64,000 bases of DNA from the human T2T-CHM13v2.0 reference genome, Homo sapiens, in assembly GCF_009914755.1 (NCBI RefSeq), contig NC_060938.1, one strand, 5' to 3'. Both the position numbers and the translations under genes were made by a program. Under the pieces are notes generated by a model. It was not told the origin of the DNA, did not search any database, and saw nothing but the letters and a program-made list of their open reading frames with translations. Shown one piece after another: positions 1 through 14,397 of the stretch (positions are counted from its first letter, which is position 1; the number at the start of each line of letters is the position of its first letter).

Positions 1-436
1 TGCTGCCAGCATGAGAAGACATCTATCTATTCACACATGTCAAGTACTTGGACTCTCACCAAATACTGTGATCATCTAAATTTTATGTACCTCCTAGATT
101 TCTGAAATCTGTGCCCTTGGTATCTGCTCCTTCATGTAAACACGACTAGTCTATAAAGCACAACCCCTTTTGTTTTCGACAATTTCATAATCAAGTGCCT
201 TAGTTCTTGGAGTATTCTCTAATATATCTACAAATAAAATTACCACTCATTAAGACCCTCTCTTTTCTGCAGGAAAGACTTTAGTCTTATAATTTGTCAA
301 AATATTATGTAAATTTCTACCCATTAATACTGACAGTTCACAGACCCTTAACAGCTGTTAAGACTGTTTAGAGGAAATATAATGTAACTACCCAGTGAAG
401 CAGAAATTCCCTGAACATCCTGTAACAGATCACTAC

Positions 437-734
437 TTTTTTTTTTTTTTTTTGAGACAGAGTCTTACTCTGTTGCCCAGGCTGGAAAGCAGTGGTGTCA
501 TCATGGCTCACTGCGACCTCCACCTCCCGGTTCAAGCGATTCTCCTGCCTCAGCCTCTCAAACAGTTGGGACCACAGGTGTGTGCCACCATGCCCGGCTA
601 CTTTTTGTATTTTTAGTAGAGACAGTGTTTCACCATGTTGGCCAAGCTGGTCTTGAACTCCTGGCCTCAAGTGATCTGCCTGCCTTGGCCTCCCAAAGCG
701 CTGGGATTACAGGTGTGAGCCACCATGCCTGGCC
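437..734 (-). mobile_element. Alu
   Basis: Poly-T plus reverse Alu consensus; TSD cagatcactac/tagatcattac. Confidence 0.95.
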
Positions 735-1605
735 ATAGATCATTACTTTCCATTCGATCCCAGTGATAGGATTAACTGATCCTTATTTCTTTATTCCATC
801 ATTTTTTTCCTCTTATTCATTCAATTAATGTTCTCTAAGGTCATGCCCTATGCTGAGAATACAAAGATGGAAAGGCATGTTTCTGACTTTAGAAGTTTAC
901 ATTCTAGAGATAAACAAAAACATAAAAAGCTAAAAGTGATTTTGATCCTTGAATGAAAGATAGCTTTCTTTTCTTGTTTATACAAATATTACATATTAAA
1001 TTGTTAAAAACAGCAACAACAAACGATTGCAAAAGTGTAAGAACACAACTGGGGATAAAAAGCACAAACTTGAAATATCACCCCGAGATAACCTCTGTCA
1101 ACATTCTAGTGAAATACCTCTGAGTATATCTCTAGGTGGATATTTAAACATAAATGGGATAATGTAGACATGCTTACTACATAGTATCTTTTTGTAACCT
1201 AAATTTCTAACATTGCAAACGCAAAATTCTAACACTATGAGATCCCTCGGGAGTAAATGGGCCAATATACTCAATGCATGGATGAGCGCTCTCACTGGAT
1301 ATGGCTTCTCTGTCCTTAGAAGCTAGATGTTGCTACCACTTCTGCCACTAGAATGAGGTATTTGTTATCCTGGCTTGAGTCACGAGTTCCTGATTCAAAG
1401 TTCTAGGAGACATTTTCTGATGTGCATGTAACCTAGACTTGGCCAACTGCCTGCACTCTATCTATGAGGAGGGTTGGGAAACAACTATCTGGACTTTATG
1501 GTTTCTGTAGGAGGGAGGTGGGCTTTGTCTCACATTTTGGAAATGTCATAAGATATGACATTTCCAAACACAGAGCCTGAAGTTCAATGCCATGCAGCCA
1601 AAAAC

Positions 1606-1638
<33 letters not shown>
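1606..1638. repeat. (AGT)11 microsatellite
   Basis: Direct tandem repeat. Confidence 0.95.
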
Positions 1639-1639
<1 letters not shown>

Positions 1640-2005
1640 ATGAAAGACCAACCACCCACTACAGATATATTTAGGAAGGTGGAGCAGTGTTAGCGTAACA
1701 ACCTGAAAATCTTCTCAACATCTAACTTCATTCTATACAGCAGAGTGTGGAATGAAGAATTAATGCATAAAACATTTTATAGGAAAAAAGTGACGAGATT
1801 TGATGACAGGATGCCAGTGAAGATAGGTATAAGGAAGTAAGGTATAAGGAGCTCCAGATTCTTGTCTCAGAGAGTGACAAGAACCACATAGGTAGGTTCT
1901 TGTCTGTCTCTGCGTGATCTTGGGCAAGTCACTCCCTAAGCTCCATTTGGTTAAAATTCCCATGCATTCTTGAGTTAAAGGCGCTAGCAATTAAAACAAA
2001 AAACA

Positions 2006-2319
2006 GGCTAGATGTGGTGGCTGCTGCCTGTAATCCTACTGCTTTGGGAGGCCGAGGCAGGTGGATTGCTTGAGCACAGAAGTTAAAGACCAGCCTGGGT
2101 AACATAGTAAGACCCTGTCTCTACAAAAAAAAAAATATATAAAAATTAGCCAGGCATGGTGGTGCATGCCTGTGGTCCCAGCTACTTGGGAGGCTGAGGC
2201 AGGAGGACTATTTGAGCCCAGGAGGTCAAGGATGCAACAAGCTGTGTTCACACCACTGCACTCCAGCCTGGGTGACAGAGCAAGATACTATCTCAAAAAG
2301 CAAAAAACAAAACAAAACA
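2006..2319 (+). mobile_element. Alu (J-like)
   Basis: Alu consensus with A-rich tail. Confidence 0.93.
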
Positions 2320-2521
2320 GGAAAAGATCTCCCCCCAAAACAACAACAACATATTAAACTGAATGTCAAATGTTAAAAGCATTTCCATTTAAGTCAGGAA
2401 CAACACAACAACAGTCATCATTACCGCTATTATGCAATACTGTACTAGAGGTTTAATCCAATACCATAAGATAAAGAAATAAGATGTATAAAAATGGGAA
2501 AGGAAGAGAGAAAAGTTATTA

Positions 2522-3001
<480 letters not shown>

Positions 3002-3887
3002 TTAGAAAAAGTATAAAGCCCCTGGAAGAAAACTTTTTTTAAAAAGCACAATATCTTTCTAGACAAAATGTGATTTAAGGGCAAAAAAGATTACTTCAAC
3101 AAAAGGAGACAGATTTTATTCATGAATGGTAAGATCTACATAACATTAATGCATGCATTTCCAATCAATTACTATGGAATTTTCCCTAGAAATTAACAAA
3201 CTGTTTCAAATTTCATATAGAAACATACAATTCCAAAATCAACCCACGCAATTCTGAAAAACAGCAAAGAAGAGGTACTTGCTCTATCAGATATAGAGAT
3301 TTATTATGAGGCTACAGACATTCAAATAGTGTACTATCCATGTAAGGACATATAAATGGATCAATGGAAAAGAAGAGAGCATACAAAAACAGATCCACAC
3401 AACATGGAATTTTGGTTTATGACAGAGCTGACATTATGCTTATGTGGAGAAATAACAGACAATTCAATAAACAGTGTTGGCTAGCATTTTCTCCTAAAAT
3501 ATGCTATACTACATCTCTATTTCACCAAATGCACAAAAGTAAATTCTAAGTAGATAAAAGCAGTAAACATGAAAAACAAAACTCTAAGAGTACTAGCAGA
3601 AAATATAGATGATACCTGTAATTCAAAATAGGAATAGCTTTTTTAAACAATACCCCACAAACACAAACCAATGTTAACTTCTACATGACCAAAAAAGACA
3701 AAAATAAAAAGTACATAAAATCAATCACGAACAAAGGTTTATAATAGACCAGGAGAAATTATCTGCAGCACATATTAGAATTTATAAAGAACTACAAATC
3801 AATGGTGAACGATAAAACAAAAGAAGAATGGACGAACAGACATATGTCCACTTGAAAGCCTGCATACAGATGTTTACAGCAGCTTTA

Positions 3888-4508
<621 letters not shown>

Positions 4509-5197
4509 CTATTCTGTACAATACCACAACAGTAGATACACGAGTATATATTTTTCCAAGCCCACAGCATGTACAACACCAGAAGTGAACCCTAACATAA
4601 ACTACTGTCACTGAGTGATAATGGTATGTCAAGGTAGGTTCACCAGTTACAATAAATGTACCATTCTGGTACAGACTTTGAGAGTAGGGAAGGTTGTGCA
4701 TGTGTGAGGACAGAGGGTATGTGGGAATTCTCTGTACTTTTGCTCAACTTTGCTGTGAACCTACAACTCCTGTAAAAACTACAGTTTATTAATTTCTCAA
4801 AAATGGACAAATGATATAAACAATTAAAAAAAGGAACTTAGATGTCCAATAATGATTTAAAAACATATTTAGCTTTGTAAACTAAAACAAAATACTGTCT
4901 TTTTCTCTTGGAAACAAAAACAACAAAACAGACCATAATCAAGTGTTAGTGAGGATTTGTGGCAACGGGTTTTCATACATTGCTAGTTGGAATATAAACT
5001 GGTATAACCAACTGGGAGACAATTTGACAGTACTCTGAAATGAATTATGTATATATTTAAAACAGCAATTTTACTTCTACTTCTAGGTGGATACTCGAGA
5101 GAAATTCTTGCACACACGTACAAAACTTAGTAAGAAAATACCTACGTGGTAATGGCAATAACATATACAGTTTATGGATATATACACACAGAGATAC

Positions 5198-5228
<31 letters not shown>

Positions 5229-5237
5229 TGTCTGTGT
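5198..5237. repeat. (TG)n microsatellite, imperfect
   Basis: Direct repeat. Confidence 0.92.
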
Positions 5238-6052
5238 ATTTTACAGTACTGGATACACACTGAACTTATGATAGTAGTTGCTTTGTAAAGGGAAGTTAGG
5301 ATAATGAGACTCAAGAATTTTACCAGTATTACTTTGACTTCAAGTCATATTTGTCATTTGACAAAATGACAAAATATCAACAATTATTAATTCCAGATAA
5401 TGGGAATTTGGTATTCTTTGTATTTTTCTCTATTTTAATAATAATAATAAAAACCCTGTTTCACTTTAAAAAAAATTTCAAGGGCATAAGATCAAAAAGG
5501 CAATGTGAATCTACCTGTATCTCCCCTCCTACATCCCGAATCCCCTGAAATGACAGCAAAAGATATTTAAAAATTGTAGGCGGGGAGGGAAGATGAACAT
5601 CCATAACAGTGCTAGGAGACAGGAAACTACAGTAAGAGGGTAAATAATGAGTGATTCTTGAAGACAGAAAAAAGTTGGTATTGGTTTAAGGGAAGCCACA
5701 GCCCAAACTAAACACAAGAAATGGGTGAGGATTCAGACTCCTCCAAGCTCCAAGCCTACAGGCATAAGCAGCAGGCAGGGCTCTGGGTTAAGAGGTAGGT
5801 AGTCTCAGCACCTCCATACTGTCCACAGATCAGTGCTTGAGGCATTGTACAGGAGCAGCATTTGCCCACAGGCTCTAGCAGTGAGTGTGGGTGCTGACAC
5901 CAGCAAGGAAGATTGGGTACTCTGGCGCTAGCCCAACTAAAATATTTTCAAATGTTTTCAGCAATATTTAAAACATTTGAAAATGTTGCAGCATTTGCTC
6001 TAAGAGTGAAGCAACCTAACTGATCATTAACAGGGAAATGTGGTTATAAATT

Positions 6053-6087
6053 ATACTTGATCTTAGCCAAAAAGGCCAAGAAGTAAT
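6053..6087 (-). pseudogene. U2 snRNA 5'-end fragment (3'-truncated, tailless retrocopy)
   Basis: Reverse complement ATTACTTCTTGGCCTTTTTGGCTAAGATCAAGTAT vs U2 5' end ATCGCTTCTCGGCCTTTTGGCTAAGATCAAGTGT; degenerate 12-bp flanking direct repeat. Confidence 0.88.
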
Positions 6088-7048
6088 TGGATGTAAATTA
6101 ATAGTACGTCTATACTCTGAATTACAGCTTAAAAGAATGTATAACACATAGAAAGATCTCTAAGACATTACTAAGTTTAAAAAATACATATAAAATGCTC
6201 CTATTTATTAAAAAAAATCCGATATGTATGGACAAATAAATGCATAGAAAATCACCAAACTGTCAAGAATGATTACTTAGGGGAAGGGGGAGCTTACTAT
6301 GTATGTCTATATTCATTGATTCTTTTACAACAGAGTGTATTTATAAATTACTAGTATAATTTAAAAATTTAACATGAATAAAAAACTGCAGTACTTTATT
6401 TGGAATTAAAATATGAGAAGTCACTAAATGTATCTTTAACCAAGAATTTCTCAAATAGGAAAAAATACAGCAGAGTTCTGCACTAGTGGTAGTGACAGCA
6501 GTTCACATTTTCTCAGATGGTTGAATACTTCCTGTCATATGACATAACTGGGTCAGCCAAAGTAACCCACATCTCATTTCAGAATGCATAAATAGAAATA
6601 CTACAGAGATGTTCAAATTGTAGACTGGTGAAGGAAGACAACACTCATAGTCATTTCCTTAGGAGCTGTGTCAGGCCTTCAATGGAGGAAGTGACACAAT
6701 CTGCCTGAATCACTAAAATCAAATAGTGACTTATGTGAAGGAAACATTGCAAAGCCATGTATGTTCCCCTGAAAATAGTGCCTGTTCCTTTAACCTCTCC
6801 ATAAAAATAAAGTATTAAATATCAGATACAATTCTAGTAAGGAAAGAATCTCTACTAGGTTCTTCCTGTTCCACCTTAACCCAGCATTTATCTTAATATA
6901 AAAACTTTAATGAAGTAGAAATTTCACACACATACATATATACAGATAGTTCAGCCCATGCCCCATCCCTTGGGATAAGCTATGTCAGTCATCGGTCATC
7001 TGTACATCACATAACTCGTATTTTAAGAAGAATTTATGTAATACTTAC

Positions 7049-7282
7049 TAAAAGTCTTACAGATGTCAGAAACAGCTTTGAAGACTCTATCAGAGAAATT
7101 CACTTTCACCTTCACATACTTCATGTTGGGAAGCTGCAGGCGGAGCAGTTTGTGCTGAGGGGTGAACTGAAGCTTAGCATCTGCCTGAATACCATACTTA
7201 TCTAAGGTCCAATGTGTCTTCAGAAGCCAAGTTCTCTTCTTTTCCCACCAGAGAGCATGGTCAGACCAATCTTTTTTTACAT
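7049..7282 (-). CDS. FERMT2: FERMT2 exon 3, 234 nt (F0/F1 region of the kindlin FERM domain)
   Basis: Encodes (D)[77 protein letters not shown]. Acceptor ttttatag|AT, donor TTTA|gtaagt. Phase 1-1; G+AT=Asp joins in frame with exon 2. Confidence 0.97.
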
Positions 7283-8241
7283 CTATAAAAAACAAACAAT
7301 AAACAAATCACTTAAAAATCACCAAGGTGATTTTGAGAAATTAAAAGCAGAAAACTAGATAATTGGGTATTTAACAGCAATAATTAATTAACTACTAAGT
7401 TACTGTTATGTGACAGGTACAAAAGAAACATTAACAGCTGAGAAAACAGGCTCTGTCCTGAAAAGCCAGTACACAAGGCAGCTGAGGCAGAATATATAGG
7501 GCAACTAAGAATGTTTGAGTCAACTACAAAATGGGACACATGGATGACAGAGAAAGTACCCTCTTATTCTCAGAAAACAGAATCCTGAGGGCTAGAATAG
7601 GAAGGATTAATAAAGACAAGGAGTTGGTGGGCTTGGAACTCGTCCTATAGGAATGGACAATAACATTCTGATGAGAAACTGAACAGACTGTGGTTTATGA
7701 AGTTGCAGAAATGTGTGAAGGTGAATAATGGGTGGTGAAAAGATGGGGAACCAAAGTGAACAGAGACCAATATCCTAGGTGAAGAGGAGGAACAGGGAAA
7801 ACACCCATGAGAAACACTATAACTTAAGAGAAAGCTCTAAAAATAAAAAAATAAAAAACTACATTCTGGCCACATGTGCTCTCCCAAATAGATCCCCGAA
7901 AATGGATCTAAAGTCACACTGCCCAACATTTTTCTCTGAGCACGTTTTGGTACAAGTATAACAGGAAACATTAATATCTGTTCAACTATTTAACAGCCTT
8001 ATGCAACTAAATGAAACCAAATAAAGAAAAGAATGTAATTTACACAAGATTTAGCTACCCCCAGATAAGGCAGGTCGTAACAATAAACTTGTAGCAGTAA
8101 AATCCAACTTCAACTAGTTATTTATTTACTTATGACTAGGATAGGAAGTTGGTTTTTAAAGCTGCAATCAAAGTAAAGACTGCTGGGATCAACTGTATGT
8201 TAAACTTACTAAGTGCCAAAAAAAGGGAAAGTGATGTTTCA

Positions 8242-8570
<329 letters not shown>

Positions 8571-8601
8571 CAACTTCCAGGGGAAGGAAAAACATGTGAA
8601 T

Positions 8602-8890
8602 GCTGGGCACAGTGGCTCACGCCTATAATCCCAAAACTTTGGGAGGCTGAGGCGGGCAGATCACTTGAGCCCAGGAATTCAAGACCAGCCTGGACAATGT
8701 GGTGAAACCCCATCTCTACAAAAAATTAGCTGGGCATGGTACATGTGCCTGTAGTCCCTGCTACTCAGGTGGCTGAGGTGGGAAGATGGACTGAACCTGG
8801 GAGGTAGATCAAGGTTGCAGTGAGCTGTGATTGCACCACCGTACTCCAGCCTGGGTGACAGAGCGAGATCCTACCTCAAGAAAAAAAAAA
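8602..8890 (+). mobile_element. Alu
   Basis: Alu consensus with A tail. Confidence 0.92.
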
Positions 8891-9620
8891 GTGAATAATT
8901 TTTTGCAAATAAAAATTAAAACTATCATGCTTCTGAGATAAAGCTCATTTTAATATAGTCGTACCTTTAAAAAGAGTTTATCAACTTTAAGACATTTAAA
9001 AGTATGTATTAATCTAGAAATTGAAACACACACACACATAACTAGTCTATCCCTAAATAAAAAATCAGATTTCCACATTGATTATATGGCTGAAACACCT
9101 TCTACAATGGTGAAATTTACTTGATACGACTGAAGTTCTCATTATGGAAGAAACATGCCACAGGTAGAAAAAGACTTTCAATTCTCCAGACATTAAAAAC
9201 CTATTTTAATCAATAAGTATTTTAATGGGAGAATTACGGCTACAGCTACTTGTGATCGTATTACCATTTTGAAATTTCAACATCTGTGGTTTTGGCAAAG
9301 TCCTGCCAATCATGTTATTTGAAGTTTGGCAAAAGAATGCATGTAACTGCTATTTTATAACTACTTGCTTAACAGTGATACTTAATTGTATATAGTACCC
9401 TACACCCTACTTTCTAGCACAGAATTTGCCAACTAACTTTTGGAAACAGAAAATTCTGATCTACCTTATAGAAGACAACCAAGGTTAGATGACTGATCAC
9501 ATATTACTTTTCTTTCCAGGAACAGAAAACTAAGGGCAGAAAAAGATAACCTGCAAAGAATGCTGGTAATCAAGTAGAGTTACTGTTGAGCTGAACTGAA
9601 TGATCGGTAGGTAGTATATA

Positions 9621-9826
9621 TAGGCTGAGCCTCCCTAATGTGAAACTCTGAAATCCAAAATGCTCAGAAAACAGGGGAAAAAAAAAAGTTTTAGACTTTA
9701 GAACATTTCAGATTTCAGATTTTTGGATTACGAATGCTCAACCGGTTAAGTACAATACAAATATTTCAAAATTCAAGATCAGAAACACTCTGGTCTCAAG
9801 CTTTCAGATAAGGAATATTCAACCTG
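9621..9826 (-). mobile_element. Tigger4a/MER46-like DNA transposon
   Basis: TA-flanked terminal inverted repeats (TIRs) aggctgagcctccct...aggaatattcaacctg; internal tttcagatttcagatttttggatt. Confidence 0.8.
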
Positions 9827-9946
9827 TAATACTTTCTTTCTCACATCTAGTGTCAATGTCACCCACTAAGGAAGCTCCATCATATACTCCCCGTGGGGAG
9901 GCAAGGAGAAAAAGAGCTGTAAGAGCACTATGAGTCCACCAGCACA

Positions 9947-10388
9947 TGTCACTTGGGTTCCTCCAGAAGGCATCCCTGACCTAAGAACTTGGGTGCAAGC
10001 AGCTTATTTGTGGGAAGGAAATCCCAGGAAGCACACTTGAGGGGATCAGTGAAAGTGAGATGGGGAGAAAAGCCAACTGGAGGTTCCTCACTGCTGTGAG
10101 CACCTGCAGTTCAGTCCTTCAGGGCATGCCTCAGAACTCTCCCACAGAGGAGAAAGATGAGGTATCTCTCCACTTCCTTGTTAAGGGTTACTCCTGGGGC
10201 CATTACATTAAAAACTCTTAACACTTCTTGGCTGCCAGCATGGGGCTGGCTGCCCTGCACTCAGGCAGAGCAAGCTCAGAGATCCCTGCACCTAAGGAAA
10301 AGAGCTTGTCAGCATGTTGGGGATCTGCCCACCAGGAGTGCAGGTGAACTACAGTGAAAGAGGGGGGCCTCCATAGCACCTGTTACAG
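9947..10388 (-). mobile_element. MLT1-type MaLR LTR
   Basis: gggttcctccagaag...gggtgcaagcagcttatttgtggga...cccaggaagcac resembles the MLT1I/J end. Confidence 0.6.
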
Positions 10389-10691
10389 CCTGAAAGGAAT
10401 GTTTATTAAATTAAAAAAAAAAACAGCTGTTTTATTGTAGAAGCAGGGCGCTGCAAAGACTTAATAAAAGACAGGCTCAAACAATGTGGCCCAGGAGTAG
10501 GTGCTAAAACATAGAGGGCAAAGACACTAACGTGATAAGGAGCTTTTGGGTACAAAATTTACATATGGACACTAATAAAGAGGTAATGTGCCACCAACCA
10601 CAAAATCTAAAGAATTTTTATAATGTGAGGTATGAAAAGGACTACTGGTCAAGAACTCGACTTTCCAAGTCAAAACTACATAAATGTGAAG

Positions 10692-11377
10692 CTGGAGGTT
10701 AGCAAACTATGAATGGCCCAAGGACCAAATCCTGCCTTCTGCCTTTTTATGGCTCACTAGCTAAGAACAGTTTTTGTACAGTCATGAGTCACTTAACAAG
10801 GGGGATAAGATCTGAGAAATGCGATGTTTGGCAAGTTCACTGTTGTGTGAACATCAACGAGCGTATTCACAAACCTAGACAGTATAGCCTACTACACACC
10901 TAGGTTATATGGTATGGCCTCTTGATCCTAGGATACAAACCTGTACATATGTTACTGTACTGAATGCTGTAGGCAACTGCAACACAGTGATAAATATTTG
11001 TGTAGCTAAGCATAGAAAAGGTATAGTAAAATTAAGGTATTATTAATCTTATGGGACCACGGTTGTATAGTCTGCTGTAGTTGACTGAAACACTGTTACA
11101 TGGCTCCTGACTGTATTTTTAACTGGTGGGGGTTGGGGGGGGAATCCAAAGAACAGTATTTTACATAATTTTATATAAAGTTCAAATTTCAATGCCCATA
11201 AACAGTTTTATGAAACACAGCCACACTACTCTGTTCACACATTGTCTATGTCTACTTCTGCACCACAACATTAGACACAGACTGCATGGCGGCCCACAAA
11301 GCCCAAAAGCCCAAAATACCTACTATCCATACTTAAGAAAAAAGAAAGAAAAGAAAAGAAAACTTTGCAGGCCCCTG
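10692..11377 (+). mobile_element. MER58B-like hAT element split by Tigger3a
   Basis: Left part ggttagcaaactat...gctaagaacagttttt; right part ttcaaatttcaatgcccataaacagttttatgaaacacagccac...aactttgcaggcccctg. Confidence 0.8.
10779..11113 (+). mobile_element. Tigger3a (MER7A) DNA transposon, full length
   Basis: TA|cagtcatg...tgactg|TA; internal cctactacacacctagg and cttatgggaccac match the recalled consensus. Confidence 0.88.
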
Positions 11378-12239
11378 TTGTAAGCAGTGTTATCTTGCAC
11401 TTAGATAATGGTACAATAAAATCTCAATTTTCCATCAATTAGGCTTCCAACTGTGACCTCAGAAACATATATCTCCCCTGATACTCATCCTTCCCTTTAA
11501 AACCTGACCCTCCCCTATGAATTCCACCTCAGTTTCTCATCAAAGGAGCTATCAACCTGCACCCACCAAGAGAAGGGGACAGGATCCAAAGATTACATAC
11601 TGGACATCCTATGAGTGGTCCGTTTACCCACAGAAAAAAAATAAGCTCTCTTACTGACTGGCAACGCTGGTAAAACTAGTCTTTTTTACCCAGAGAAACT
11701 AGTGGATGAGTAACAATATAGAAAAAAAATTACACAAAATAAAAGCAGAAATAGGAGACCAGAAAAAAATCAGAAGTATCAATACCACTCATGGCAAAAG
11801 ATAAAAACAGAAAAGTAGGTGTTCTGACAGTGAAGTAGAAGACAGTGTTAGAAGATGGGTAAGCTGGACTGTGGGGGCTTGTGACTTATGTTCAAATACT
11901 GGGCTTTTCAGTAGCATTCCTGAAGACTCAACACACTACCAACCTAGTCAGCACTACTTGCAGAGTAATCACTACCACAGAATAAGAACATCAGACGTGC
12001 TGAATTCGTGAATTCAACAAATACCTGTTGAACATGTACTGTGTGCAAGAAGGCACTGTTCTAGTGCTAGAGATATGATGATGAACAAAACAAAGTTCCA
12101 GCACCATTGAGGGAGACCAAGGTGGCTAGAGGAGAGGAAATGGAGATCAGCAGGAGGTGGCATCAGAGAGCCAGGCAGGAGCCTTGTAGGTCACAGTGCA
12201 TGGTTTAGGTGTTACTATGTATGAGATAAGGCCCTAGAG

Positions 12240-12440
12240 CAGTAGTTTTCTGCCTGATTGGCATTAGAATCATCTGAGCAGCTTTTAAAAAATACTGATG
12301 CCTGGCCCCACCCTAAACTAGGGCTATTTTGGTTTGTGAACAGCTGTCTGTATTTTTTTTTATGGGCAGATACTCCACCACCTTGGTGACATCTCTCAAA
12401 CCAAATATATCAGAATCTCTGTGGGTCTAGGAAATGGTTT
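12240..12440. mobile_element. MER5-like fragment within L2 relics
   Basis: cattagaatcatctgagcagcttttaaaaaatactgatgcctggccccaccc...atcagaatctct. Confidence 0.6.
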
Positions 12441-13199
12441 TAAGCAGGAGTCACTTGTTTCAAAATCATTACTGATAATTTTGAAGAAGTGTGGTGATGG
12501 GGGTATGCAAGAGTTCACTCTTGCAAGAGAGTGTGCAAGAAGTTAATGTGAGAGTGGAAATGACAACCATTTCAGTTATAATGGTTGGGAGGTGAGGAAG
12601 TACAAATAAGAAATACAGAAAACTTTTCCTGGATATTTTACTGCAGCAAGGAGAATAATAGCGATCAATAGATAGAATAATAGCTGGTAAATACACAGAA
12701 TAATAGCTGGTAGATAGAAAGGAAATGGCAGACCCAAGGAGTATTTTTAGCTTCATTTTTAAAAAGGGAAAGCTATTACAGCATTATTTTAAAAGTGGCT
12801 GAAATGATTTCGTATTTCAGATCATTTATAATTATTTATAATTATCATTCACTAATTTGCCCTTCAGCAGAGTATCACTTCAAAACTTCCTAAAGACCTG
12901 ACTGAGCCCCCTCAAACAGGCAAAGCAATGTTTTCCCAACTTCCAGAAAATTAGTTCTTTCTTTGGTGCTGGCTTTATATCACACTACCTATCTTATTTT
13001 GAAACGAACAGTATCTCCATATCAAGTCACACAATTGGCTCTGCTCAGACTATCACAAGAACATACCTATTCTATTCATTAGTAGCAAAAACAAATTGTA
13101 TACACTGATGAAAATCCTGAGAAAAATGATGGTACACCAACTGAGAAGCATTTGCCCAGGCAAGCATAAAAACTAACTGCACATCAAAAAGTACTTAAA

Positions 13200-13508
13200 G
13201 GCCAGGAGCGGTGGCTCACACCTGTAATCCCAGTATGTTGGGAGGCCAAGGTGGGCAAATCACTTGAGGTCAGAAGTTGGAGTTTGAGACCAGCCTGGCC
13301 AATATGGTGAAACCCCATCTCTACTAAAAATACAAAAATTAGCTGGGCCTGTTGGTGCACACCTGCAATCCCAGCTACTTGGGAAGGCTGAGGCAGGAGA
13401 ATGGCTTGCACCCAGGAGGCAGAGGTTGCAGTGAACCAAGACTGTGCCATTGCACTCCAGCCTGGGCAACACAGCAAGACTCTGTCTCAAAAAAAAAAAA
13501 AAAAAAAA
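13200..13508 (+). mobile_element. Alu (S-like)
   Basis: Alu consensus; TSD aaaaag(t/c)acttaa. Confidence 0.95.
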
Positions 13509-13554
13509 GCACTTAACTGCACAAATTGTGTATATAGGTGTGTGTGTGAGGTAG

Positions 13555-13898
<344 letters not shown>

Positions 13899-14360
13899 TT
13901 AGTTATCTACTGTATTACAGCACAGCTTGTCTCTAAAGTGGCAAGTTAAATCATAACAGACTATGCAACTGTAACTTGAAAAACCCACTATGTGCAGAAC
14001 AGATTTCAGACATCCACACATTGAAGCTTTCCTCTAGCTAAAGACTGAGTAGAAGCATGAACACATTATGATGACTTTAAAAGGAAAATGGTTATCTACA
14101 AATACTTACGAATAATGGCAAGCAAATGAAAATACTACTGTATCACTAAAGTAGTGGTTTAGTTTTCCATGTGGCATCAAAATCCATAATGAAATAACTG
14201 TTGATATTCCCTGAATTTGCATAAACTAAAGCTTTGGAAAACTTTCCATACAGGAACTCCCTTACATGTTCTAATCTAGACTCTGGACTATGTTCTAAAT
14301 AAACATTTCTGATTTCCAGAATGGCAGGCTTGGTATTTCAAACATTAGATGACCAAGTGC

Positions 14361-14361
<1 letters not shown>

Positions 14362-14395
<34 letters not shown>
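14362..14395. repeat. (AC)n microsatellite
   Basis: About 17 perfect units. Confidence 0.95.

Positions 14396-14397
<2 letters not shown>

Larger units (their letters stand above)
4800..6390 (+). mobile_element. Fragmented L1ME-like relics
   Basis: Patchy L1 3' motifs (ttgctagttggaatataaactggtataacc; gcaacctaactgatcattaacagggaa); boundaries loose. Confidence 0.5.

Noticed and set aside
7023-7295. 90-aa ORF treated as a standalone gene
   Set aside because: It is FERMT2 exon 3 plus intronic flanks, with canonical splice sites at 7282 and 7049.
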